DNA of 59,863 nt, filler included. It is 5 parts of 5 records of this genome, joined end to end, with 100 filler letters (N's around TTAATTAATTAA, not from the genome) between each part and the next. Parts side by side here need not be neighbours in the genome. Positions count along the whole stretch, not along the records: positions 32,797 to 42,626 come from SRR22947725_4049; positions 42,727 to 51,053 come from SRR22947725_4064; 3 more parts are not named here. One strand, given 5' to 3'. A program made the position numbers and the translations under genes. This document shows, piece by piece, positions 41,242 through 49,766 of this stretch (its first letter is position 1; every line of letters starts with the position of its first letter). The notes under the pieces are model-generated. The model saw only the letters and a list, made by a program, of their open reading frames with translations, had not been told where the DNA came from and made no database searches.

Positions 41242-41930
41242 TACAACCCACCTCCTGTGACCGGCGATAGTCTGGCGCTCACATCGATTGCCACACAATA
41301 GCGATAAGTATGGGACTCCGTCCCAAGAAATGCCAGCCGGTCCATAAACCGCTTAAGATCGTCCGGCGTATCAATATCCAAACCCAGCCCTGGCAGTTTT
41401 AAGACGGTCGGCTCAACGCCGACCCTTTGGGCGGCTTTTACATGTTTCCGAAAACTATTGATCCCAAACTGGAATGCCACAACGTCAGGCGGGGCAGCCA
41501 GCAGACAGTTCGTACCGCCCAGGTCATCTGCTGGCACCAAAGCCAAGCCCGGCCCTTTTGGGGAGAAACCATCTAGAATCACTTCGAGTTCCTCAGGCGT
41601 AACCAAGGGCACGTCTCCGGGCAAGAACAGCATTTGATCAATGCCCGCCTCAGTTAAGATTTCACTGGCATGCACCACCGCTGGAATGAGCCCCGCCTCG
41701 GCCGGTTCTGGCAAAATCAAGGCGCCGTAGCCTTCGGCCAATTCAATGGCAGCAGGATCATTCGTAATCACCATAATCTCATCGACCAATGGGCAGGCTT
41801 CAACCGCAATCAAAACATCCTCCACCATTGCTTGGCAGAGCCTGCGACGCTCCTCGCTCGACAATAGGGACGACAAGCGCTGCTTCGCATTCTCAAACCC
41901 CTTAACGGGAATAATCGCGCGCGTTGTCAT
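41241..41930 (-). CDS. cofC: 2-phospho-L-lactate/PEP guanylyltransferase CofC (FbiD)
   Basis: IPVKGFENAKQRLS, PGDVP, GGTN, FGINSF..H, LDIDTPDDL. Confidence 0.92.
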   Translation of the reverse strand: MTTRAIIPVKGFENAKQRLSSLLSSEERRRLCQAMVEDVLIAVEACPLVDEIMVITNDPAAIELAEGYGALILPEPAEAGLIPAVVHASEILTEAGIDQMLFLPGDVPLVTPEELEVILDGFSPKGPGLALVPADDLGGTNCLLAAPPDVVAFQFGINSFRKHVKAAQRVGVEPTVLKLPGLGLDIDTPDDLKRFMDRLAFLGTESHTYRYCVAIDVSARLSPVTGGGL

Positions 41931-42626
41931 CGGCTCGACAGCTCATCAGAAAATCGTAATACCGCTTCTGCGAGCGCCTGCTTGTCGTTGAGGTTCCTCA
42001 TCACAGTTTGAGTGACCAATGGCGTAAGCCCTAAGGCGCTAACCGCCTCCGCGCTGACCGCATCGGCCTCATCTAAGACAAACCCATCCACTAATCCAGG
42101 ATAGGTGTCTGCATAAAACTGCGCGACCGCCAGCGCCGTGCTTGGCATCTTAAGTTCCGTCATCATTTTTGCGGCAGGCCCCTTTAAGGCCATTCCCGCC
42201 ACGATCGGCGAAACCAGCACAACCGGGCAATCAGTCGCTTTCAGCGCTTTCCAGGTTTCAGCCAAATCCAGAATGGGCGCGACACTCACAAAGGGATTCG
42301 ACGGACAGATAATAATCTGGGACAAATCACCATAGGCGATTAACTGCTCAAATTCAGGCGCGCGGCGAGCCGTCTCGATACCTTGGAATGAGATCCCCTT
42401 GATCAAAGGCTCACAACGATCGCGGACAAAATAGTGTTGAAAGGAAAGTGTTTCGCCGTTCTGGCAATGGATCAAGGTTGCAACGGAATCATCGGTCATG
42501 GGCACGACTTGCGTTAACACCCCCAGAGACCGCATTAATCCAGCCGTCACCGCACTCAGCGAGTCGCCTTGCGCTAATAAGGCCGTGCGATGAACATGCG
42601 TTGCCAGATCACGATCGCCGAGCCCA
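41927..42626 (-). CDS. cofD: 2-phospho-L-lactate transferase CofD (FbiA), 5' end truncated
   Basis: LGDRDLATHVHRT at the contig edge, PMTDD, FQHYFV, PSNPFVS, VSPIVAGMALKGPAAKMM. Confidence 0.93.
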
Positions 42627-42726
42627 NNNNNNNNNNNNNNNNNNNNNNNNNNNNNNNNNNNNNNNNNNNNTTAATTAATTAANNNNNNNNNNNNNNNNNN
42701 NNNNNNNNNNNNNNNNNNNNNNNNNN
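42627..42726. other. Artificial contig-joining spacer
   Basis: N-run with TTAATTAATTAA. Confidence 0.98.
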
Positions 42727-42727
42727 T

Positions 42728-42850
42728 GGCCAATCTACAGACTATACAACAGGAGCACCTTATGTGATGTTTAAAGGAACTCCTTATGTTCATCTTATGA
42801 TTCCTATGACTGGATATTACGATTATCAGCCCACAGCAGCACCTAAATAA
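42728..42850 (+). CDS. C-terminal fragment of a hypothetical protein (not in the ORF track)
   Basis: Open frame GQSTDYTTGAPYVMFKGTPYVHLMIPMTGYYDYQPTAAPK* followed directly by a terminator-like hairpin. Confidence 0.65.
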   Translation, partial: GQSTDYTTGAPYVMFKGTPYVHLMIPMTGYYDYQPTAAPK

Positions 42851-42858
42851 AACATTTT

Positions 42859-42882
42859 GCGGCTTCTTAAAAAAGAGGCCGC
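42859..42882 (+). terminator. Hairpin terminator
   Basis: GCGGCTTCTT-AAAA-AAGAGGCCGC (10-bp stem, one G-U pair), 8 nt after the stop, followed by TTATATT. Confidence 0.6.
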
Positions 42883-42979
42883 TTATATTCAGCCTCATTT
42901 ACTAGGCAAAAAAGATAATTTTATATTTGTTTCTTGCAAAAAATAAAGGTATCTTAATATTTCATTAAAGGGGAAGCGA

Positions 42980-43285
42980 ATGGAAAGATATACTAATTTT
43001 AAAGATTTTTACCCATACTATTTAAGCGAACATAGTAATAAAACAACTAAACTGTTGCATTTCATTGGAACAAGCATAGCAATATATTTGTACGTAAGAT
43101 TTTTTATGACATTTGATTTTATTTTCTTGCTTTACTCTCTTCTTGCTGGGTATGGTTTTGCATGGATTGCTCATTTTTTTGTTGAAAAGAATAAGCCTGC
43201 CACCTTTACTTATCCTTTTTGGAGCTTTATTGGTGATCACAAAATGTACCTAGAAATACTTCAAGGCAAGCATAAAATTTTCTAG
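42980..43285 (+). CDS. DUF962 / Mpo1-like membrane protein
   Basis: FYPYYLSEHS..T..LHFIG and GYGFAWIAHFFVEKNKPATF motifs. Confidence 0.85.
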   Translation: MERYTNFKDFYPYYLSEHSNKTTKLLHFIGTSIAIYLYVRFFMTFDFIFLLYSLLAGYGFAWIAHFFVEKNKPATFTYPFWSFIGDHKMYLEILQGKHKIF

Positions 43286-43288
43286 AAT

Positions 43289-44110
43289 ATGCAAACCTAT
43301 CAAATAGTAGTTTTATCTATATTTTGTTTTTTAGTGGCGCTAGAGATCATTTTCACAAATTTTTTTAATAAGAAAAATCAGAGACTAAAAGATGGGGTTG
43401 TTGAGTTTGTAGGATTTTTTCAATTAAACTTTTTGGCTCTACCTTTAGTATTTGGTCTAGGCTATGGTCTTGCAGAAACCTTTCTTCCATCCTCTAAGGG
43501 CATGATTTCTGAGTGGGGTTTTTTTGCTATTTTTGGGCTACTCCTTATTTTTGATGACCTAACTCAATATTGGTGGCATAGAACTTGTCATAATGTACCT
43601 GTCCTATACAACCTTCATCGAGCTCATCATGACTCAGAATATTTATCCATAAGAGTTGTCTATAGAAATGCTTTAGCATATTACTTATTAATGCCAGGAT
43701 TATGGTTTGCTGGAATATTATTCTATATGGGCTCTGGGTGGGTATATTTTGTATATATAGTAGTAAAGCAGGCAGTTATTTTTGGAGCACACACAGACCT
43801 GAGGTGGGATAAAAAATTATATGAAATCAAATGGATGAATCCTATTATGTGGGTTTTGGAAAGAACCATATCAACTCCATCTACCCATTGGGCTCATCAC
43901 GGCAAACATCTCAATGATGAAAATACTCACTATAAAGGAAACTACGGAAACCTATTATTTATATGGGATATGATCTTCGGCACTGCAAAAATAACAAGAA
44001 AATATCCTAAAGAGGTTGGAGTTGAAAATTTATCTGATGTTTCAGCTTTAACGCAATTATTCTGGCCAATCTTTCGATCTCCTCAAGATACTAAAACCGA
44101 AAAAGCATAA
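43289..44110 (+). CDS. Sterol desaturase / fatty-acid hydroxylase family di-iron membrane enzyme
   Basis: His boxes YWWHRTCH, LHRAHH, GAH, HWAHH; GNYGN and WDMIFGT. Confidence 0.9.
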   Translation: MQTYQIVVLSIFCFLVALEIIFTNFFNKKNQRLKDGVVEFVGFFQLNFLALPLVFGLGYGLAETFLPSSKGMISEWGFFAIFGLLLIFDDLTQYWWHRTCHNVPVLYNLHRAHHDSEYLSIRVVYRNALAYYLLMPGLWFAGILFYMGSGWVYFVYIVVKQAVIFGAHTDLRWDKKLYEIKWMNPIMWVLERTISTPSTHWAHHGKHLNDENTHYKGNYGNLLFIWDMIFGTAKITRKYPKEVGVENLSDVSALTQLFWPIFRSPQDTKTEKA

Positions 44111-44893
44111 ATGCTTAAAGCAGACAAGTCTTTTTGGAGCAACCCTCCTTGGGGCGACGGCAAACAGAAATATAGACTTGGCCTAATCCCTATAGCTAAA
44201 GAAGAATGGCTCAATCGTAAAATTGGAGATAGTCTATATAAACATAAGAAAAGTTTATTAGATAATAAGTATCAAGAGGTTGTTGCTGTTACGGAATCTT
44301 CGTTAGAGGCCCAAAATATTTTAAGTGAATATCTTGAAGTAGATAAAAGAGATTACCCAGACCTTATAGCTGACATGAGTTTAGTTATTCAAGATGATCT
44401 TTGTTTAATTAAATCTAATGGTGGCCAAGAGCTCATAGCTGCTAGTGTTTGCTCTCCTAGCTACTGGAATGTTCAATCAAAGATTGGAAGACCCTTAAGA
44501 GAAATACATAAACCAGTTACAACACTCAATGAAAAGATTGGAGACAGAATAGAAACATTTATAAGACAGGCCCCTATCATGAGGCCTTTTGAAAGACAGA
44601 ACTGGTTAATTCATGGGGATACAAAAAGATTTTATACGAGAGAAGAAACACTACCTCAAACAGATCCATCCAAATGGTTTATTAGATCTGAAAGAGAAAC
44701 GCTATGTCGATTCCATGAAGATTATTCCTTATTCACTATCAATGTTTTTTTTCAGCCCCTTAAATTAGTACATGAACATAGTCATCAAAAACAAGACTTA
44801 ATTAATAGTTTAAGAAGTTTTGATGATGCTGAGATTTCATATTTTGGTGGAGAAAAAAAAATTCACCTTTTACTCAACTATCTATCCGCTTAA
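44111..44893 (+). CDS. DUF3445 / heme-dependent oxidative N-demethylase alpha-subunit family protein
   Basis: QDDLC, VCSPSYW, KIG..L.EIHKPV, FERQNW, RSERETLCR, LFTI. Confidence 0.8.
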   Translation: MLKADKSFWSNPPWGDGKQKYRLGLIPIAKEEWLNRKIGDSLYKHKKSLLDNKYQEVVAVTESSLEAQNILSEYLEVDKRDYPDLIADMSLVIQDDLCLIKSNGGQELIAASVCSPSYWNVQSKIGRPLREIHKPVTTLNEKIGDRIETFIRQAPIMRPFERQNWLIHGDTKRFYTREETLPQTDPSKWFIRSERETLCRFHEDYSLFTINVFFQPLKLVHEHSHQKQDLINSLRSFDDAEISYFGGEKKIHLLLNYLSA

Positions 44894-44932
44894 ATAGAGT
44901 AAAATAAATATATATAAATTTTAGGGAGAAAT

Positions 44933-45433
44933 ATGTTTGGTGGAATTTCTTATATAGGTTGGTTTCATACTATTTTAGGAACTGCTGCCATTATTGTAGG
45001 ACTTTACCTTTTAATAAAAGATAGATTTATTTTTATGAATACCAAGCTTACAAATTTCTATTTGTTGAGCACCTTCCTTACATGCGCTTCATCACTTTTT
45101 TTATATGCTGGAACAGGTTCTTTTAATGCTGCTCACCTGCTTTCTGTTATAACCATTTTGGCTATATTTTTTGCACTAGTCTTACAAAGATTTAATCTTT
45201 TTGGTTTTTTAACAGTTTACTTAAAGCAGCTAGCATTAACTGGCACAGTATTTTTTAGTATGCTCCCCACAACTGCAGAAGTTCTTCAAAGGTTGCCACC
45301 AAACGATCCCTTTGCTAGCTCTATAGAAGATCCCTTAGTTCAAAGTTTTTATATGGCATATGTCGGTATTTTTGGCATTTTTGCTATTTATCAAATTATA
45401 AGAATGTATCGGGAGGATATAAATGGAATCTAA
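44933..45433 (+). CDS. Integral membrane protein (DUF2306-like)
   Basis: About five TM helices; His in GWFHT and FNAAHLLS. Confidence 0.6.
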   Translation: MFGGISYIGWFHTILGTAAIIVGLYLLIKDRFIFMNTKLTNFYLLSTFLTCASSLFLYAGTGSFNAAHLLSVITILAIFFALVLQRFNLFGFLTVYLKQLALTGTVFFSMLPTTAEVLQRLPPNDPFASSIEDPLVQSFYMAYVGIFGIFAIYQIIRMYREDINGI

Positions 45434-46796
45434 TAACTATAATGATTTAGTCAAAGCTTCAATAGAGGCTCATCGAAAGTGGAGGCTTGTTCCGGCTCCT
45501 CAAAGAGGTGACATTATTAGACAATTTGGGAATGAATTAAGGAAGGAGAAAAATGAACTTGCAAAAATAATCACCGCAGAAGCAAGAAAAATTGTCTCTG
45601 AGGCAGAAGGAGAAGTTCAAGAAGCAATTGACATGTGTGATTTTGCAACAGGCCTAAGCAGGCAACTCTACGGCTTAACTATGCCAAGCGAAAGACCAGA
45701 GCATAGATTACAAGAGTTGTGGCAGCCAATTGGTGTGGTTGGTTGTATTACAGCTTTTAACTTTCCAATGGCAGTTTTTGCTTGGAATTTTTGTTTAGCT
45801 TCCGTTTGCGGAAATAGTATTATTTGGAAACCAAGCCCACATTCAAATGGATGCGCAGATGCTCTGAAGAAAGCATGGGATAAGGTAGCAGGAGAGCATA
45901 AAAACATTGTTCTTATTCTTCAGGGTGGAAATGATGAGGCTAGACAGCTTTGTGAAGATAACAATATTCCTCTAATATCTGCAACTGGTAGTACTCAAAT
46001 GGGGAAAGAGCTTGCTCCAATTGTTTCAAAAAGGCTTGGCAGAACACTCTTAGAATTAGGAGGAAATAATGCAGCAATTGTATGTCCAACAGCAGATCTA
46101 GACTTAACAGTAAAAGGAATAACATTTTCAGCCTGTGGCACAACCGGACAAAGATGCACGACTCTAAGAAGGACATTTGTTCATGAAGATATATATAACG
46201 AGTTCATGGAAAAACTTCAAACTTACTACTCGTCGCTTAAAATAGGTGACCCCGCAGACAAATCATCACAACTTGGCCCACTAATTTCTGAAAAAAGTTT
46301 TAATGATATGCAAAAAGTCCTAGACTCTTTGAAAGATAAAGATACGAAAATTTATGGTGGATATAGGCTGGAAGCCGGAAGCCCAGATGAGTTTTATGTT
46401 ATGCCGGCTATTGTTGAAGTTCTACAAATAGAAGAAGAAATGCTTAACGAAACATTTGCACCCATTTTATATATTAAGAAATTTAAGAATCTAATCGATG
46501 CAATCGAAATGCAAAATAATGTTAAACAAGGTCTAAGCAGCTCAATTTTTACAAATGATATGAGAGAGGCTGAATTATTTTTAAGTTCTGAGGGAAGTGA
46601 TTGTGGTATTGCTAATGTAAACATTGGAACAAGTGGTGCTGAAATTGGTGGTGCTTTTGGTGGTGAGAAAGATACGGGTGGTGGAAGAGAGTCAGGATCT
46701 GACTCTTGGAAAACATATATGAGGAGAGTCACAGCAACTATTAATTATGGTAATGAGCTTCCTCTAGCTCAAGGAGTAGAATTTGATGAAAGCTAA
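45423..46796 (+). CDS. Aldehyde dehydrogenase family 7 (antiquitin / alpha-aminoadipate semialdehyde dehydrogenase-like)
   Basis: GEVQEAIDMCDFATGLSRQL, ITAFNFP, LELGGNN, GQRCTT, GTSGAEIGGAFGGEKDTGGGRESGSD, LPLAQG. Confidence 0.92.
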   Translation: MESNNYNDLVKASIEAHRKWRLVPAPQRGDIIRQFGNELRKEKNELAKIITAEARKIVSEAEGEVQEAIDMCDFATGLSRQLYGLTMPSERPEHRLQELWQPIGVVGCITAFNFPMAVFAWNFCLASVCGNSIIWKPSPHSNGCADALKKAWDKVAGEHKNIVLILQGGNDEARQLCEDNNIPLISATGSTQMGKELAPIVSKRLGRTLLELGGNNAAIVCPTADLDLTVKGITFSACGTTGQRCTTLRRTFVHEDIYNEFMEKLQTYYSSLKIGDPADKSSQLGPLISEKSFNDMQKVLDSLKDKDTKIYGGYRLEAGSPDEFYVMPAIVEVLQIEEEMLNETFAPILYIKKFKNLIDAIEMQNNVKQGLSSSIFTNDMREAELFLSSEGSDCGIANVNIGTSGAEIGGAFGGEKDTGGGRESGSDSWKTYMRRVTATINYGNELPLAQGVEFDES

Positions 46797-47793
46797 GATC
46801 GCAATTATTGGTAAGGGTAATATAGGCTGGGCCATTAAGCAGCTTTTAAAAGATGACTATGAATTAAAGCACGGCGATATCACAGAAGGTTTAGATGCAA
46901 GAGATATCTCTCAAGTAAGAGAATTTCTAAAAGGAATGGATGCAGTAATATCAGCAGGACCATTTGCCATAAATAAAAATATTGGAACCGTAGCGTCAGA
47001 AATGGGCATTGGATATTTTGATTTAACAGAAGATGTTGAAACAACTGAATTTATTAGAAGCATTGACTCATCAAGTGTGATGATGCCCCAATGCGGCCTT
47101 GCACCAGGAGCAATTAATATTTGTGCAGCAGGGATGATGGATCAATTTGATAATGTAAATGAGGTAATGATGAGAGTTGGCGCATTGCCAAGGTTTACTA
47201 ATAATGAAATGAGTTATTACTTGAGCTGGTCTACAAATGGGTTAATCAATGAATATTGCAACGAAGCAGATGCTATCTATGAAGGTAAATCCATAAAAGT
47301 TATGCCACTTGAAGGAGCTGAAAAATTAACAATAGAAGGCGAGGCATACGAAGCATTCAATACCAGCGGTGGCTGTGCGACTATGTGTGAAACATATGAA
47401 GGCAAAGTAGATAATCTTTCATATAAAACAATTAGATACCCAGGCCATCTAAATCATATGAAGTTTTTATTTAATGATTTGCATTTAAAAAAGAATAAAG
47501 ACGTTTTAGAGAAACTATTTGATAAAGAAGTTCCAAGAACGACCAATGATGTAATTGTCTTTTTTGTAAAAGTTATTGGAGAGATCGACGGTATTCTTCA
47601 AGAGAAAACTTACTTGAAAAAGATATACGGTGATGAAAAATTTAGCGCAATTCAGAGAACTACAGCGTCAGGTGTTTGCAGTATATTGGATATGTTTATC
47701 AATGGGAGAATAAAATCAAAAGGCTTTGTAAAACAAGAATCCATATCTTGGGATGACTTTATAGATAATAAGTTTGGAAAGGTTTATATCTAA
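46783..47793 (+). CDS. Saccharopine dehydrogenase family / lysine 6-dehydrogenase-like
   Basis: IIGKGNIG, YFDLTEDV, PQCGLAPG, RVGALP, WSTNGLINEY, YEAFNTSGG, YKTIRYPGH, AIQRTTA. Confidence 0.88.
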   Translation: MMKAKIAIIGKGNIGWAIKQLLKDDYELKHGDITEGLDARDISQVREFLKGMDAVISAGPFAINKNIGTVASEMGIGYFDLTEDVETTEFIRSIDSSSVMMPQCGLAPGAINICAAGMMDQFDNVNEVMMRVGALPRFTNNEMSYYLSWSTNGLINEYCNEADAIYEGKSIKVMPLEGAEKLTIEGEAYEAFNTSGGCATMCETYEGKVDNLSYKTIRYPGHLNHMKFLFNDLHLKKNKDVLEKLFDKEVPRTTNDVIVFFVKVIGEIDGILQEKTYLKKIYGDEKFSAIQRTTASGVCSILDMFINGRIKSKGFVKQESISWDDFIDNKFGKVYI

Positions 47794-47988
47794 TTAGTCC
47801 TCATAGACAAATATTTCATCAAGAGAAACTTCAAAATAACGTGTTAACTTCATGGCAAGCGTTAGCGATGGATCAAACTTACCATTCTCAATAGAATTAA
47901 TGGTTTGTCTGCTCACCGAAAGAGCTTCAGCAAGTGCGTTCTGACTAACACTTCTTTTAGTTCGAAGATTCTTTAATCTGTTTTTCAT
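47794..47988 (-). CDS. XRE-family helix-turn-helix regulator
   Basis: MKNRLKNLR..SQNALAEALSVSRQTINSIENGKFDPSL. Confidence 0.92.
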   Translation of the reverse strand: MKNRLKNLRTKRSVSQNALAEALSVSRQTINSIENGKFDPSLTLAMKLTRYFEVSLDEIFVYED

Positions 47989-48444
47989 TTATTCTTCTTT
48001 AATATATTGTCTATAAAACCTAAAGCTATTGATACAGGCACCTAGAGCAAATCCAAAGAATAAATCTATAAATCCAACATCATACCCTGTATAAGGGGCT
48101 AGTATTGCAATGGGGATGCCTATTAGAATAAAGCCTAAGGCTCCACCAATCATTGACATTTCATTATATTTTTGGAATAACTGATCTTGATTCTTTAATA
48201 CCTGTATATAGGTATATACAGCAATATAAATAAGGATAATTTCAGCAACTGCAAACCAAATATAATTTTGCTCTTCCATGCTTCCAAATGCTTCTATACC
48301 ATCTGTCGAAAGTGAAACGCTATACCAACCAGCAATTGCGCCAGCCATAGCAGATGAAATTAAACATATAAGCCAATTTCTTTTGTCGACGCCCTTTAAA
48401 GATTTGATGTCTATCCAAAAACCATATCCAGTAATTTTTGCCAT
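47989..48444 (-). CDS. Four-TM hypothetical membrane protein, adjacent to the XRE gene with no gap
   Basis: Four hydrophobic segments; QDQLFQK linker; stop abuts the HTH start. Confidence 0.7.
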   Translation of the reverse strand: MAKITGYGFWIDIKSLKGVDKRNWLICLISSAMAGAIAGWYSVSLSTDGIEAFGSMEEQNYIWFAVAEIILIYIAVYTYIQVLKNQDQLFQKYNEMSMIGGALGFILIGIPIAILAPYTGYDVGFIDLFFGFALGACINSFRFYRQYIKEE

Positions 48445-48492
48445 AATATATTCCCTATTAAGTTCACAATAATATATTCCTGACTGATTATT

Positions 48493-48512
48493 ATGTCAAG
48501 TAAACTTTACAT
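48493..48512. promoter_or_regulatory. Putative XRE operator ATGTCAAG-TAAA-CTTTACAT
   Basis: 7/8 inverted repeat about 50 bp upstream of the membrane protein-XRE operon. Confidence 0.55.
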
Positions 48513-48568
48513 TTAATTTTTAAACTTTTATGATGAAAAACTCAATAAAAAGTGCAATACTAATGATC

Positions 48569-49060
48569 ATGAAACATAAAAAAATTCTTTCTTCTCTATT
48601 AATTTTACTTTTCTTTTCTGGTTGTGCATTGATAACTGATGAATATCAGGCCAATCAAAGAAAGGTTATTGCATATCTTTTAGAAGATTTGCCTTTGCCT
48701 AATGATGCTGAAATCATAAAAGCGCCAACAGTTTTATTGGGAACTGGGGAAGCTATTTCAGGCAGAATAATTATGCAGTCAGGATATAGCCCAGCGGAGA
48801 ATTTAATTTTTTATGGAACACAAACTTTGTCAACAGGGTGGAGCTTAATATCATCCAAAGTTGGCGAAGAAGTTACTCTGGTTTATTCAAAGAACGGAAG
48901 ATTTGCAACGATATATATTTCTCCAAGAAATACAGTTGGCGGTTTTATTTCAGGTGATTACGGAAGTGATATAGATATTTCTGTTGTTCATCCAAATGCT
49001 ATAGACATTCAAAATCCATATAAGAATCTTGATTATGATTCTTTGCCAGAGTCCCCATAA
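48569..49060 (+). CDS. Hypothetical lipoprotein
   Basis: MKHKKILSSLLILLFFSGC lipobox. Confidence 0.75.
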   Translation: MKHKKILSSLLILLFFSGCALITDEYQANQRKVIAYLLEDLPLPNDAEIIKAPTVLLGTGEAISGRIIMQSGYSPAENLIFYGTQTLSTGWSLISSKVGEEVTLVYSKNGRFATIYISPRNTVGGFISGDYGSDIDISVVHPNAIDIQNPYKNLDYDSLPESP

Positions 49061-49080
49061 GATAACCTAATCAAAAAGCT

Positions 49081-49764
49081 ATGAATGCTCTAAATATTTT
49101 AGGCCCTTCACATATATTTATAGTTACTCTTTCTATTCTAAGTATTGTCTATATACCAAAGTATTTTGAAAAATCCTCTGACAAAGCCAAGCAAATACTT
49201 GCATCCACAATAATAACGCTACTTTTAATTAACCAGGCTATGGATTTTTATAGAGAGGGTATTATGAGTGGCAGATGGCAAGATGGCTTGCCTTTGCATT
49301 TATGTGATTTTTCGACAATGGCTATCATCTTATATTTTCTCACCCATAAAAGAGACTTTTTTGTTTTTGCATTCTTTTTTGGTATAGCTGGTGGGGGTAT
49401 GTCGATTCTAACACCGGATACTGTTTATGGTTTTCCATATGTGGGCTACATACAAAGTCAGATAGGCCATACGATGATCCTAATGGGCGTCACTTACGCA
49501 ATAATAATAGATAAACAAAGACTATACTTGGGTGATGTACTTAAGGCACTTTTTTATGCATCCATTCTTTTAGTATTTACTTATTTTATGAATTATATAT
49601 TGGGAACAAACTACTGGTTTTTAGCAGAAAAACCAATTGGCAATAATATAACTTCATTTATGCGACAAGAGCCCTTTCATATAATTGATCTTTATATAGC
49701 AGCAATCTTAATTTGCTATTCGCTCTATTTACCATATTATGTAAAAGATAAGTCACAAGGATAG
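49081..49764 (+). CDS. YwaF/TIGR02206-family integral membrane protein
   Basis: LPLHLCD, LTPD, GH, GTNYWFL..KP. Confidence 0.82.
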   Translation: MNALNILGPSHIFIVTLSILSIVYIPKYFEKSSDKAKQILASTIITLLLINQAMDFYREGIMSGRWQDGLPLHLCDFSTMAIILYFLTHKRDFFVFAFFFGIAGGGMSILTPDTVYGFPYVGYIQSQIGHTMILMGVTYAIIIDKQRLYLGDVLKALFYASILLVFTYFMNYILGTNYWFLAEKPIGNNITSFMRQEPFHIIDLYIAAILICYSLYLPYYVKDKSQG

Positions 49765-49766
49765 GT

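Noticed and set aside
42671..42898. Cys-rich 75-aa minus-strand ORF
   Set aside because: Runs into the spacer; the plus-strand frame ending at 42850 before a terminator is more protein-like
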